Shown here: in pieces, positions 13,306 to 27,600 of the stretch
Layout: each line of letters starts with the position of its first letter
Numbering within the stretch: position 1 is the first letter of the stretch
Assembly: GCF_001194135.2 (NCBI RefSeq)
Contig: NC_068987.1
Coordinates: 100,066,991 to 100,130,990 of the forward strand
DNA length: 64,000 nucleotides
Direction: 5' to 3'
Source: Octopus bimaculoides
Lineage: Eukaryota
Notes under the pieces: model-generated
Databases searched by the model: none
Told to the model about the DNA's origin: nothing
The model's input: only the letters and a program-made list of their open reading frames with translations
Made by a program: the position numbers and the translations under genes

Positions 13306-13367
13306 GATCACCGGAACTATCAAATCGAGTGAGTTCGATCACCGGAACTATCAAATCGAGTGAGTTC
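13306..13367. repeat. Perfect 31-bp tandem duplication
   Basis: GATCACCGGAACTATCAAATCGAGTGAGTTC occurs twice, with no spacer and no mismatch. Confidence 0.95.
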
Positions 13368-14694
13368 ATTCAACATGCACTTCTTGAATGACAGGTGTGC
13401 GCTCCCCGCATGCCAAACAAACCATCAAGTCACTTGCGTCGCAAATGAACAAAAAGGCTCTTTAATAAACATAAATATTAACGATAGAAGCAGTATTACT
13501 ACCGAATGGCAATCTGTATAATATGCTTAACGCAGATGTATTATTAGAACATATTATAGTGAGGTGTTCGCTGACGATACTACTTCCGTAGCTAATACTT
13601 ATGTGCCAATGCTTTAAAGGCAACTAACCAACCAGGAGTAGTATATTCGCTTCAAAGTTCAAACAATCCGGTGTATATGAACTCCATAGCGAAAGTGTTA
13701 TATGTTGAATAAACTTCGTTTTAATGTCGACGTGATCAAAACTACATTAATGAAATGCTAAAGATACACCTAAAAAGTTTATCCGTGGGATGTATGTAAA
13801 TAAACAAATTCCACTTTAATTATCCTGGCTAGAACAATGACGATGAAAGTAGGGGAAGGCATTTCTCACGTTTGTTGTTATTTGATTTTTTTTTCATTCA
13901 TAATGTTGAAAACATAACAATACTTAATATTCAAGCATCAAAGAAATTAGGTAGAACATGCACAAACGTGTTCAAGTTATAAAAGCAAATACTCTTTGGG
14001 AATGTTCTCAATATACTTAAAAACACTGGTATAGTTACTTTGTGCTACGCGCCTATGAATATCCTTCACGTTAATTTATAGATGTTTTACAAACATGACT
14101 TTGTTTCAATCCCATTATGATAATTACGCATTATATGATGACTACGCCCTTTATCTGCTATATTGCTTTTAATTCCACATCTAATTGAGTGTGATATTTA
14201 TGATTTTCAGTTCGTTTTCTTATAACGGTATGAATATTTAGTACTGTTACGTTGGTAATTAATAATCTATAGTTATTCATAAAAAGAGGTAAATTTTATA
14301 AAGAATATATAGGTTCCTCTTTATAACCTTCTTCTGTTTCATATTATGTCGCTGGTGCATGATAATTTAGTTAGCAAGTATTTTATCCTGAGGTTTGTTG
14401 ACATGTCTCATCAAATCTAACGAATCTTTCTAACGATTCTCTCAGAATATAGACTGGTACTTTGCTGCATTCAGACAATGCGAGTTTCAGTTCCAATTTC
14501 GTCCTATCTATCAGGTTGAATATTTCGTGTTGTACCAAGTCCGCCAATTACTACAGGAATACTTGTTTTGGTTTTCTAAATTATCCTCAGCTCTCTGGCT
14601 AGGTCCTGATGATACTCATTTGATTTTTTTTCAATTTCTTTAGTATTAACTCTGCCAGCGTAGAGAATTGCATTATTTGTTTATTTTGTCCACT

Positions 14695-14698
<4 letters not shown>

Positions 14699-14773
<75 letters not shown>
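14699..14773. repeat. (TAA)n array abutting the 5'-truncated end of an R4/Dong LINE
   Basis: About 25 TAA units, visible directly. Confidence 0.95.
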
Positions 14774-14774
<1 letters not shown>

Positions 14775-15668
14775 TGGATGCGACCACAGCATTAGATCGG
14801 AAAAAAACAACATAGCATGGTATGTAAAAAATGCCACAGAACCACTATTATTGGAAATAAGAAGGTCAGGCGGGTGTAGGATGGTCGATGGAAGATTGCT
14901 GAGATAAAGCACCGTACAAGGACTTCAGAATGAATGAAACTGAAAATAGGCGGATAACGAAAAGAATGCATGGACAATTACATAGGGATGTTGAAGATAA
15001 GACAGACAGAGAAAAAAGATAGCTACGGATGACTACAACTGATTTAAAACAGGAAAGGGAAGCTCTAATATGTGCTGCCCAAGAGCTAGCACTAAGAACA
15101 GATTAAATCAAATGCAGAATAGACAACATATGAGAAAGTAATAAGTGCAGAATCTATAGACAAAATGGTAAAACCGTATGGCATATTGCCAGTCAATGTA
15201 CACTACTGGGAGCTCATGACAATATAGGAAGGGTTTTCCATTGGACATTCAAAACAATTACGCACTTGGCGGAGCAAAAACATAAGTACGAACATAAAAC
15301 CGACAATGATAATGCAAAGATCCTATGCGATTTTATGATTCAGTGCATCCATGAGATACGGAATAAAAACTAATTTATAGTGTTAATTGAGAAATAAAGC
15401 GAACGATGCTGGATCATAGACATAGCATGCCCAGCTGACAATAGGTTATGCTATAACGAAGAAAGGAAAGTCGATAGATATGACAGGCTAGCGTGGGAGG
15501 TTAAGAAGTCGTGTTCGATGAAAATGGTGGTAATAATTGTCGGAGCCCTGGAAACAGTAAGTAAAAATGTTGAGAAGTACATGGAATAAATAAGGGCTGC
15601 AATAAGGGTAGAGCATTTGCAAAAAAACAGCACTGCTTGGAGCTGCTCAAATACTCCGGAAGGAGTAT
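14775..15668 (+). mobile_element. R4/Dong-clade (RLE-type) non-LTR retrotransposon, degenerate 3' portion
   Basis: The interrupted translation reads CDHSIRSEKNNIAWYVKNATEPLL..MHGQLHRD..LKQEREALICAAQELALRT..KCRI..KTVWHIASQC (CCHC-like knuckle)..HDNIGRVFHW..KIL(C)DFMIQ..CWIIDIACPADN..KVDRYDRLAWEV..IIVGALETV..LQK.ALLGAAQILRK. This is the zinc-knuckle plus PD-(D/E)xK endonuclease C-terminus of R4-type elements, with several stops and frameshifts. Confidence 0.88.
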
Positions 15669-18094
15669 CACCCCAATATGGGAGCACAAGCCCAACAGTT
15701 CAACATACCATAATGCTGTTATGAAAGGAATACTATATTAGCCCCATACATTCACGGGAACAAAGTGATAATATTAATATCACGGAATAAACAAATAGGC
15801 TCTGCACCGACCACAATAAATTCACTTAAAAATAAGTTTTATTTTTTTTTCCGAAGAACTCACTTACGAAGTGGATGGTGGAAAGATATGTTTGGAAAGT
15901 GAATACATATGAAAAAGAAAGCATATAAAGATCTTTACTATCTTAAATGACATCACCGAAGCACCATATGAAAAATATGCATATCAAAACCACCGACGCC
16001 TCAGTTTTCAAAAAGAACTCGCAAAACAAGATCGCCTAAAAAAGGGATTCTCCTTAAACCTCAAAGCTTCTATTCTAAACAGTATCAAAGTATTCTGAGT
16101 AAAAGGAAGAGGTAGTTTAATTCCAACTTAAATGTGTCTTAAATCAGTTCTGAAACCAATATACGGCCATAAATAAACGAAACCTATCTTATTTTTATTA
16201 CATTGGCATGGTTTAAAAAAATTTTAAATAAAGGTTTTGTTCTTGAACAATTGGTGAATCTCAGTTCATGCATTAGAATTTAAAATTCCAACACGTTGAT
16301 TGAAATATACATTAAGAACGTAATGTACGGGGGGAAATATATGTCATAATACAACAAAAGATTTATAAACGTAGTATAATGCTGCATAGAAACGAATCCA
16401 TCTTAAATTCTAATAATATGATAGAAAAACATTCATCAGAAAACAATAGACCGTTAACTGCAATAATTATACAGAGACACATGATGATACAAATAAGTAT
16501 CCCCTTGAAATTAACATAATGAATGTACAAAGATCCATATGTTGTAAAGCCTGTTAATGACCAACGGATATATAACAGTAATAGAAAAAAATGACTGAGT
16601 ATGGCATGCATTGACTAACAGAAGTGCTTTGGGAGTATTCTTCCCTTACTAGTTTAGGAAACATTAACCATGATTAAGGTAGCTGTATTAATAAACACGC
16701 GCATGGAACACATCCCGTACAAATGGAAAATGATTTTGCAGTTAGAGATGAAGTAAACAATTACGAAATGCTAAAACATTCTCTATTAGCCCGGGAATAA
16801 TTTACGGAGTACGGGTTTTTTCCCTCTCTCTCTGACTCTGTCTTTCTCTCTAGATCTGTTAGCTGCTTCTTTTCTAATACTATCACATTAAACGAAAATG
16901 TTATTCCAAACAGGAATCGCATGCAAATGATATGAGGAGAAAACCAAAGGCTCTTCACTAATGACTGCAAATTGTGCATCATATATGCTAAACAAGAGGA
17001 AAATCAACAACGTGCACGAGAGGTACGCTCGAGGAAGTTATACGAGAGTAATTTCAGAACATTCTGTCAAGGCAAAATTTAAGTAAAATAAATGATATCC
17101 AATCATCTTGAGCATTAAAACAATTGAGCTTAGAGGTAATATACAGAGCTCAGATTAAAGAAAATTCTTCGTTTTTAATGAGGTATGCAAACAGTGTACA
17201 AAACAGTTATTAAAGGAAAAGTTTACAAACAAATCTATAGACATATTAAATGAATAATCAACACAAGTTGTGATGGCGGCCTGAGATCAAAGTTATAAAT
17301 TTTAATGAAGGAGATCTTAGATGATATATTAGATATACATAGGTTGTAAAGAATCATAATATTGATTATGGATACCCGAGTTCATATATACACAGCTCAA
17401 TCACAATAAGGTTATGTCTTACATATATTGAACATCATATCTAGATACATAATCCAGTATTTATACCACTAATTGCTTCACCGAATGGCAACTAATTGTA
17501 AATATATACAATGAGAATGACTAATATAATCAATTTATTACGTTTCGTTCTAGATTCCCAGGTGGAAAAAAAATAGATCAATTAGGATAAATACTGGGTG
17601 GGCCAATTCCAAAATAAAATATTATATATGAAAGAAATCTTGAATTCGTCCAAGTATAACACCCTGGAAAATGAGATAAGCAAAATGTTGGTACTGCAAA
17701 GAGGAACTGAATTATGACCTTACTTCCTTTGTTATCATTAAAATAAATAAAAAGCAATATGTAACGAAACTTCCAGAACATACATAAATGTACGGTGAGA
17801 ATTACAATACTATGCTGTGTGTGCGTTTTAGGTAGAATACCTTCTAGTAACAGGTAGAATGTTTTGTTTTGTTTTTTAAATACCAGAAACATGAACCAGT
17901 TTCAGATTATATATGATTTACTAAAATTGAATTATAAATAACCTATATTAGTTTAAGAATAGATATGTGTAATGGCTATATCGGATAAAATAATCCCTAT
18001 ACGTAGTTTTTTTATGCCAAAAACGTTTACTGCTTGGATTTCGGTCCTTACCCGTATTTTTCTTCAAGGATTTGATTTCTAAAGATTCAAATAT

Positions 18095-18205
18095 ATTGGC
18101 TTCAATTTCGGCACAGGACGAGCAATTTCGCAGTAGGGTGCAAGTCGATTACATGGACCCCCGTGTTCAGCTAGATGTACTTTATCGATCTCGAAGAATA
18201 AATTA
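18095..18205 (-). mobile_element. SINE family C, 3' fragment
   Basis: ttcaatttcggcacaggacgagcaattt..aagtcgattacatggacccc..tactttatcgatctcgaa is the reverse complement of the family C tail. Confidence 0.6.
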
Positions 18206-19128
18206 CCTCAGCAGTACTTCATATAATAAAGTAATGCACTGGAAATTTTTTTCTTTATGGGCTAAGTATTCTACAAGCTCTCCAAGAATAACAACAGAGC
18301 AATAAAACTTCAGCAATTGAGAGATATTCGCTATTTTTTTTCCGGGTTTCACAGGCGTAGGTGGTTGTTGATATAACAATGGATGCAATTAGCTGTATGT
18401 ATATCTTATTGATGTTTCTCGACCTATATTATTAGAGGAAAACGTTGAAATACTGGCGTTCTTTTACTTATCTTCTTCTTGACTTCATTTGGATTGTAGT
18501 TGAGCATTTTCTTCTTTTTAATTTTCAGTTTCTTAATAACATATTTTGAAAGTTTACTGGTGTTGATTTTAAATATTATTTATATTTTTTGCTGTTACAT
18601 TTTTCGTACTTTATAATGACAAAACAAATTGTCAACATGCTGCAAACTCTTGCTTTATATGTAGAATTAAGCCATTTTGTTGAATGACTCGCTCGGGTTT
18701 CTTTTTTTGTTTCCGAATGACCGTCAGCATGTTTATGCTGTTCAAATACAGCACTTACATGAAATTTTGTTATAACATTCCGTGAATTTTAAGCAAACGA
18801 CAGACTTAAATAAATTACTGGAATGACTTGTAAAATGTATTCTACATCGAAGGTATTTTCACGCGGGAAATTACGTTTCTGACAACATCTCTATCTTAAT
18901 TTTCATTTATCTATAACATATATTTTCGGAAATAATTTGGTTGTTATGTCCACCTAGTATCTGAAGGGCCATATAATGATTAGCAGTGTCTAGGAAATTT
19001 ACACACGTAGATATATAACATAGATTAACAGATAGAAATATACACATATATACCCACCCCATTCAAGCGCACCGACGCTACACGCAACCGTACACAAAGT
19101 GATAATGTATATATACATTTGTGTAGAT

Positions 19129-19136
<8 letters not shown>

Positions 19137-19160
<24 letters not shown>

Positions 19161-19361
19161 GTGTGTTTGTGTGTGTGTGTGTGTGTGTGTTTGAGTGTGT
19201 GTGTGTGTACGTGTGTTTGTGTATATATGATAGTGTCACATTTGGCAAAAGCATATTTGATGCGCTTGTTTGTGTGTATCTATGTGTGTGGCTGGGTTGT
19301 TATCAGTTTACGTATATACGTATGTATATTTATATATACACATACACACACACACACACAT

Positions 19362-19412
<51 letters not shown>

Positions 19413-19414
19413 AT

Positions 19415-19447
<33 letters not shown>

Positions 19448-19448
19448 C

Positions 19449-19479
<31 letters not shown>

Positions 19480-19482
19480 CGT

Positions 19483-19525
<43 letters not shown>
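19137..19525. repeat. Compound (TA)n/(TG)n/(CA)n microsatellite cluster
   Basis: Visible directly. The opposed CA and TG tracts form an imperfect inverted pair. Confidence 0.9.
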
Positions 19526-20024
19526 TCGGATTGCATAGTTATTTTCTTTAAAACCATTTTTATTTTGCTATCTTTCTTTTGCGTTCGTTTGTTCAAAGCA
19601 ACGAAATGTTGTTTCTTTACGCTCAGGGCATTATAAATTCGTGTTTAAATAGTTTATACAGCCGTTTTAAACACGTGTACGCATACCAACTCACAGGGAA
19701 AGCTATTGAAAACCTATTTAGGCTGTAATTTTAGACAGCATAACACCAGGAAAAGTAATTTTCTTTGCACATATAATATGCGGTCAATGGTTTTAAAGGC
19801 CGACGTATTCTTTGTTCCATAAAAAGATTTATTTTAATAAAAGATATGAAAAATCACTTTGTAAATAGGCTGAAACAGAAATCCGTTTTGTATTTCTTGG
19901 TAAAGTACGAATTAATGCGATTTCATAGTATTTAAGATTATGTCATACGTAATTATTAAATAACAATATCTGAATAATTCCATTTGCTACAATGCCATAA
20001 TTAATATTATTCATAATATTAAAG

Positions 20025-20205
20025 GCACAAGACCGGAAATTTAATGGTAAATGGTTACTCAGTACTTGGTTAATACATTGTTATTCAATCTGATAAGATG
20101 AAAGGCAAAGATGCCTGCTGCGAGGTGTGAATTCTGAAGGTAAATAACCGAAACAAATTACGTCAGAAAGTCTCTGAGTCGCTCGGACCATTGTGCCAAA
20201 ACATC
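20025..20205 (-). mobile_element. SINE family C, degenerate
   Basis: ggcacaagacc..cagtacttg..gatgaaaggcaaag..tgaattctgaaggtaaa..gtgcca aligns loosely to 41389-41593. Confidence 0.45.
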
Positions 20206-20399
20206 GATTATAAACTGTTTCAATAATGATTTTGAATTGCACTATCACTAGAGCAGTGGATTATAAAAAAAAAGCCGTTGTTTTACGCTTTTATATAGCA
20301 CTTCCATTAAATCTACTTGCATCTTCAATAAAATAATTTGCCACCCAAGTATGAAAGTAAGGAATGAAATATCAATTAGAGGGTACTTAGTCGTATTAT

Positions 20400-20945
20400 T
20401 TTTTTACGATATGAGATCAAATCACGCCAAACTTCAACGTCCAACGCTTTTTTCCTGCTTAATGAAATAATAATCCTACAACAAGAAGATAAACATGTAG
20501 TTATAGTCATCCTTTGATATACTAACAACCACCTACGCCTATGGAACCTTAAAACAACAGAGATCTCCCAGTTGTTGCATGCATTCCATTGACGCTGCTT
20601 ACGTTCAATTCTGGCACCTCTTACCGGAAAAGAAATAGAAAACAAAAAGAGATTTGAAGAACGTCGCGACTAAGCGGCTGTTTCGTTTCATTGACCAAGT
20701 TGTTCAGTTACTGCAGGAAATACATGGTGCTGTCGGGAGAGAGTGGACGCCCAAAGGAGCAAAGAAATCGAGTGGACGGCAAAGGGTGAGATGGTGCAGG
20801 GCGTTTCGGGATGACTTGAGAGCGATCGGTCTCAGCTCAAGTTAGGCTAAGGGGAAAGCAATAAATCGAGATGTTTGGAGAAGGCTTGATTCTTATTGTA
20901 CTGAGTGTACTGACGGATCTAAGTCCTATGGGTTAAGAGAAAAGA
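20400..20945 (+). mobile_element. RTE-clade LINE, 3' end fragment (degenerate)
   Basis: The translation pieces VIL*Y..LWNLKTTEISQLLHAFH*RCLRSIL and REWTPKGAKKSSGRQRVRWCRAFRDDLRAIGLS..KA.NRDVWRRL match the RTE ORF C-terminal pattern (W.P.G.R..GR...W...DL...A.DR..WR). Confidence 0.75.
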
Positions 20946-22410
20946 GTATATAATACTATGCATTGTGTAGTTATATCAATTTGTATTTTGGTCCGAAGAT
21001 TTGCTGAGGTCGTATATGCATGGTAAATCGTTGTATCGATGAAATCGGAGAAATACTCCATTACTTGCCTACACACTGGTGTAGCCTCGTGCATGTGAAC
21101 TTAATGAATAGTCAGTATTAACGAAAATGTGGAGTTAGTATTATAGATTTGTAGGCTGTCGAAAAATATACTTTTTTTCTGCGCCAATTCTGAATCCCTT
21201 TGAGATGTTTACTATCATCCACAAGGATATGATAAAATCGGTAATAGGCAAGTACAAGGTGTTATAAAGTTGTCTTTCCATCCAAAATTGAAAACATGTG
21301 TCTATGTTTGAATTAGCGTTTCTTTTCGTGAAATAGAAAAAAAAACATAATGACTTCCGTCCCTCGTTACTTTTGTTAGGCTAAAATAAAATATGTTGAC
21401 CTCGCTTCTTTATCGAGTAATCAAATACATTAGAATAGATAGATAGATAGATATATAGATAGAGAGAGAGATAGATAGATGGATAGATACATGTACGTAC
21501 ATACGTGTGTGCATGTTTGTGTGTGTATATGCATCGGCGTATGCATGTTTTTATATAATACGACATTAATTAAATTCATGCGTAATTCATTGTATAATAC
21601 TCTAAAATTTTGCGGGAACACTTAATGTCCCTATCATTATAGCTCACAAAATTTTCGAAAACCCTTCCATCGAATTGAACAAACTCTAATAGAGTGAATC
21701 TCTCTAGGAACCACTTAATTCTAGTGAAATGCAGGTAAAAACCAATTCAGCATTTGTGACGTGGTTTATGAGCCATCCTAATTCTACACATTTTCTTGTG
21801 ACTTTTGTTTCCCGGTAATTTCATTACAAGGACCTCGTTCATAAATTTCCTACCCGAAATTATCGTCAATACTAAAGGTATATCATAAGAAATACGATGG
21901 AGAAAAAAAATAATAAAAAATAAATGAAATGAAATAAACTGTATGCCCTTTAAGGAGATCTAAACGTAAAATTCAGTCAGTAGAGAGAAAAGGTTTAATT
22001 TTAGAAAAAAATTTGGACCAGTTGTGAATAGGAAAATATTTTTTTAAATTTCTTATAAAATTTTAAAATAGATATAGAGGCACAGTGTACATTTTTATAT
22101 GTGAATGTGTCAGGAACATGATCAGTGTGGAGATAACATTTCATATTGTAAGAGGTCATGAATTAGATAATGAAATAAATATTTCACGTGATGTCCGAGA
22201 ACTATAGACACCAACATACAAGTATGAATAGCGGTCAATGTCTGGTGAGGGATTCTGACCAAATATTGAGTGATTAAATAGTAATTATTAAAAATCGATA
22301 TTTGAGAGATTCATCTGAAGCTCCGTGATATGTGCGTGTCTGTACGTGTATGTGTGTGTCTGCGTGTGAGTGCAAGTGTGTTTATATATACATTTATTCT
22401 CTCACTAGGG

Positions 22411-22584
22411 TCAGTCATTTGACTGCAGCTATTCTAGAGCACCGCTTTAGTCGGACGAATCGATTTCAGGACTTATTCTTTGTAAGCCTAGTACTTATTG
22501 AGCCTATCTGATTTGCCGAACTGCTAAGTTACAGAGACGTAAGCACACTAACATGGGTTGTCAAGCGATGGTGTGGGGTAAACG

Positions 22585-22635
<51 letters not shown>

Positions 22636-22823
22636 ACACATACACATTCACACACACACATATATATATTTATATATGTATATATACGACGCTCTTTCAG
22701 TTTCCATCTGCCAAATCCACTCAAACTTTTGGTCAGCCCGAGGCTATAGTAAAAGGAGCTTGCGCAAGTTGTCACACAGTGGAACTGAACCTGAAATTAT
22801 GTTATTGGGAAGCAAGTTTCTTT
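22411..22823 (-). mobile_element. SINE family A, near full length
   Basis: Colinear with 46301-46717: tcagtcatttgactgc..gagcaccgc..aagcctagtacttatt..ttgtcaagc, then (CA)n(TA)n, then tttcagtttcc..cgaggctatag..gaactgaacc. Confidence 0.85.
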
Positions 22824-24265
22824 ATTTCATAAATTTTGCCGTAAAGGCATTACATAGAGGGGGATTTATCGTCTTAAAACCAGAAACTATGCTCGAATAG
22901 TGCTCACGTGCTATTTACTATCAACATTAAAGATCTAAACGTGAGGACTCATGTAATGTAAAATGAGTATGCAAGAAATGTAACGTTTCTTATATTGGAA
23001 GCACCATCTTCTCACAAACACTACATATTCGCATAAAGTTACAACTGCCGACAAATACATCATTGAACAAAAGATAGACACGCCACAATCATGAATTTGC
23101 AGTTACCATAATTTCCAAATAGTGTAATATGAGGGAACTGAAATTCAAGAACGCTTTTCTGAGAAATAAACTGAAGCGAATTTCAGCAAACGAGATCATC
23201 ACAATGTAGATGAATTAAGACAACAATACAAATCTCCACATGTCACTGCTAACTCGAACATATCTGAGCCAAAGTTATTGTTCCACTCCATTTCCCGTTT
23301 ACCTTCGAGAAGTGTTTGATCAAGCTCGAAATACTGAAATAAAACATAAAGTGCAGTTCGGTATTTCTTCTGTCTTCGATATTTGCTGTGGATTGACGTT
23401 TAAACAATTTTAAATTGAACATACAAGATTTTAATGCTAGAAATTTGTTTAAACAAACGATTACAAAAAACATGTTGAGCACTAAAAGGTTAACTTTTGA
23501 AAGAATTGTGAGCGTATTAGAAATTTACATGTTGATAATAATTTAATGAATTAGGAAAATTTTGGTTGACAACTGGACGCTAAATTACAATTTTAAGTAT
23601 GATTAAGTGTTTAATAATACGTGACACTATAGAATGTTTGAATTTGCTAAGGGGTGTGTTTATGATCAAATCGCTACGCATAGATAGGCAGCATATAGGT
23701 TAAGCGGAAAATAGCCTGGAGTTGTCAATAGCTATTTTGTCTCAACAGTTTTTTGTCGAACGAATAACACCTCTTCCGCTATATTTAGGTAGACTCTGGG
23801 CTTTTTTGTCTCCTTTATTTTTCTATGTATGTAGTACGGGTAGAATGTTGAAAGCAGGCTTCCCGGGATTATAAACGTGAGTTTTGTCGGGATGATTAAA
23901 TTATTTATTTAGAAATTTGACTTTATCTCCTAAGTCGTTAAAAATGTTTCAGCTGTGATTTTTCACTTTAAGACTAGATTCAATCAATAGTCATGACTAA
24001 TTTAGAATATGCATGTCTACATAGATCCTTCCAGTTGCATAGCTGAAAGTGAGTGTATTTACAAATTAAGAGTTCACAGTTATTACAAATTAAACATAAA
24101 ATTTTGTTTCAGCAATATGTTCGTGGTATATGGCAGGTATAACATTATAGTTGCAATGAATCTATGTTCATTAATCATATTTACATCATTTATTTTTATT
24201 TTTTTATTTTTTCCTCATGGGCGTTGTTTTAATGTGGATTGCGTTCTTTTGTCTTTCCTTTTGTC

Positions 24266-24660
24266 TTTTACTTGTTTCATTCATTTGACTGCAGCCATTC
24301 AGGAGCACCGCCTTGATGTGTTTTAGCCGAACAAACCAACCATACAACTTTTTTAAAGCCTAGTGCACATTCTATCGGTCTCTTTCCCGAACTACTGAGA
24401 AACGTGGACGTAAACACACTAACACTGGTTGCTGAGCACCGGTGGTGGACAAATACAGATATAAAGACACACGCACACATATAAATATATATATATATAT
24501 ATATATATGATGAACGTCTTTCACTTTTCAGCTACGAAATCTACTCACAAGAATTTGGTTGGCCAGAGGCTATAATAGAATACACATGCCGAAGGAGCTA
24601 CGCAATGGCACAAAACCAGTAACTATGAGGTTAGGAATCAAGCTTACAACATAGCCACAG
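24266..24660 (-). mobile_element. SINE family A, diverged full-length copy
   Basis: Same module order as the 46301 copy, from the tail ttttacttgtttc to the head acatagccacag. Confidence 0.8.
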
Positions 24661-27600
24661 CTGCTGCCTTTCATTAATTTGGGTAATTGTAGATTTAGTA
24701 ACTTATTGGAATTATTTAAAGTTTGAATATAATCGGGTTATAGTTGGGCAAGTTTGTAATTATGATACAAGTGCAAATTAGAGAGGTTTTTATATATACT
24801 CAACTAGCATTAGAGTACATGTTGCTAACACTGAATGGCTGCCAGGCAAGACGTAATCCTGCTTATAGATGTAGACGTTACACTGAAAAAAGTTATGCAA
24901 TTAAGCAGTGAATTCCTGGATTTGTTAGGTGTATCTCTTGAGTGTTTATATTAGTAAGTATACCGTATTCATTGAGTAATATATATATANNNNNNNNNNN
25001 NNNNNNNNNNNNNNNNNNNNNNNNNNNNNNNNNNNNNNNNNNNNNNNNNNNNNNNNNNNNNNNNNNNNNNNNNNNNNNNNNNNNNNNNNNNNNNNNNNNN
25101 NNNNNNNNNNNNNNNNNNNNNNNNNNNNNNNNNNNNNNNNNNNNNNNNNNNNNNNNNNNNNNNNNNNNNNNNNNNNNNNNNNNNNNNNNNNNNNNNNNNN
25201 NNNNNNNNNNNNNNNNNNNNNNNNNNNNNNNNNNNNNNNNNNNNNNNNNNNNNNNNNNNNNNNNNNNNNNNNNNNNNNNNNNNNNNNNNNNNNNNNNNNN
25301 NNNNNNNNNNNNNNNNNNNNNNNNNNNNNNNNNNNNNNNNNNNNNNNNNNNNNNNNNNNNNNNNNNNNNNNNNNNNNNNNNNNNNNNNNNNNNNNNNNNN
25401 NNNNNNNNNNNNNNNNNNNNNNNNNNNNNNNNNNNNNNNNNNNNNNNNNNNNNNNNNNNNNNNNNNNNNNNNNNNNNNNNNNNNNNNNNNNNNNNNNNNN
25501 NNNNNNNNNNNNNNNNNNNNNNNNNNNNNNNNNNNNNNNNNNNNNNNNNNNNNNNNNTATATATATATATATATGCATACACATATATATAGGTATACAT
25601 ATATAGATATATATATGGGTGTGTGTATGTGAGTGTGTGTGTGGGTGTGTGTGTGCGCGCGTGTGTGTGTATGTAGATGCAGTACGGTAACATCTATTAC
25701 TTACTGACTTGGCGACTGTCGTGGGCACGAACAAGTTTCGAGCAGTCTGGCATCTACCAGCATCATTATGAATCACCGCGGGCCCAGAAACAGTTGTTGG
25801 ACTTATAACACTTTGTTTACCCCCCTTCAATTATTTCTGTTGTCTGTACTCTGTGTAACTTGAATTTATTAAATTAAATATCTATGTATTTATATTCAAA
25901 TGGTCATTATCTATAAGTCTACACCCTTTCCATTCTCTCGTTTAGCATATACACATGTACACATATTTTGTATTTAATACGCACGCAGTTATTTCTGATG
26001 TATTTAATTTTTTTATCCGCATAATTGTGTCTATATTTGGTCAAACTGATCAGTCATTTATTACCCCGAAGAATTTATCCACTGTAAAGACATCGCAGTC
26101 TAAGTTTAAATCATGCACTATTACAATCTCATCAGTTGACTGTATATATGAAAAGATATCTTTCTCTGTATCTATCTATCTATCTATATGTCTGTCTGTC
26201 TGTTTGTTTGTCTGTCTGTTTGTTTGTCTGTCTGTGTGTCTATCCATACACACACAAAGGCATACTGAGACGCACACGAATACACACACAAGTATATATA
26301 CTCAGAGCCAAGGAAGTCCTGAAATGTTCGTGGCTTTAAAGGTATCGCGAAGGCCTGGAGCGAGTTCCAAACGTGCAGGTTCTTTTACAGGGCTTAGAAA
26401 AACAGAGGGACTAATGAAATAATTATGTGAATCTGAGATGGTAATTATAATTAACTTATCGTCCTGTGTTTTCAGCCCCTCGTATGTTTGTACCCTCTGT
26501 CTTCGAAAGTTCTGTTTTGTATCGCAATATTCGTATAACAACTAAAATGATGTATACAATCCTTGAAACTGTTTATATGTAAATATTCACTTGTAGTTAT
26601 TAGTATGTGGCCATGCATGATCCGAGATATTGCTTTGTCACTTTCGCTATATATATATATTTAGTTCGATTTTATTAACTCTTTTAGATATTTTCCGGTA
26701 TCTATACTTCTGTTCTGGACTACGGAAAAAACATATCAATGTTATTTTCATGTCTTCTACTTCTCAATAAGCACTATTCAGTTTCTTCTCTCTAAATGTT
26801 TCCTTGTGTTTTCTAGTTGAAGACGACCACTACCTACTTCATATCGAGAAAACTAGAAGTTTTTAGGATCGATATTTCAGAAGTAATCTCAGCACTACTA
26901 ATGTGTTTCTTGCGATTCTGTCGATTCTTGTTAATTCATTTATAGTACAATTATTCTTGAAACAACAACAATAGTGATACTTATCTATTTGGGCATTTAG
27001 TTGTGTGTTAAGTATTCTTATCGAACGCCTGTAATCATCCTTATTAATGAAACTTTTAGTTCTGTATGTTTTATGCTCTACGTATGTTAATTCGTATATT
27101 TAAGTCGCTAAGTCTGCGTTTGATGTAATTATAGCACATACACATATCTGTTACATTGCTTAATATGATATTAGTGCGTTTCATCAATTTCCTTCTCTGT
27201 AAGTTTATTTTGTGGCATTTCCTAAACAAAATTTCATGATACATAATTGCAGAAAGAATGTGATATATGTATCAACACTTCCAGTTCTTTATCCCGTGTT
27301 ACATACAGCAAGAATTTATCCATACACAGTCTTTTTGTCCGCTAATTTTCCTATCCAATGCCTGCCTTTTTTTAGCAGGTCGTCTAATGTTGTTAACGCA
27401 ATGCAGAAAGATAGTAGGGTAACAGGAATACCTTAAAATCTCTTCAGAATATTCTTGTACAAGGAGTGAGCACACGTTGCGTCTTTCCTCAGTAATTGCG
27501 TTTTTCGTCAGTAATTTCGTCTTTCCTCGGTCTATTCACCTCTTTGCATGGCTTACTCATGGCGTCCGTTTTGTTTGTATGCATTAATGATATAATATAG

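Noticed and set aside
18040-18075. Minus-strand CTTGAAGA...GAAA; a similar weak motif lies near 58440-58480
   Set aside because: The core or stems are too degenerate to distinguish from chance.
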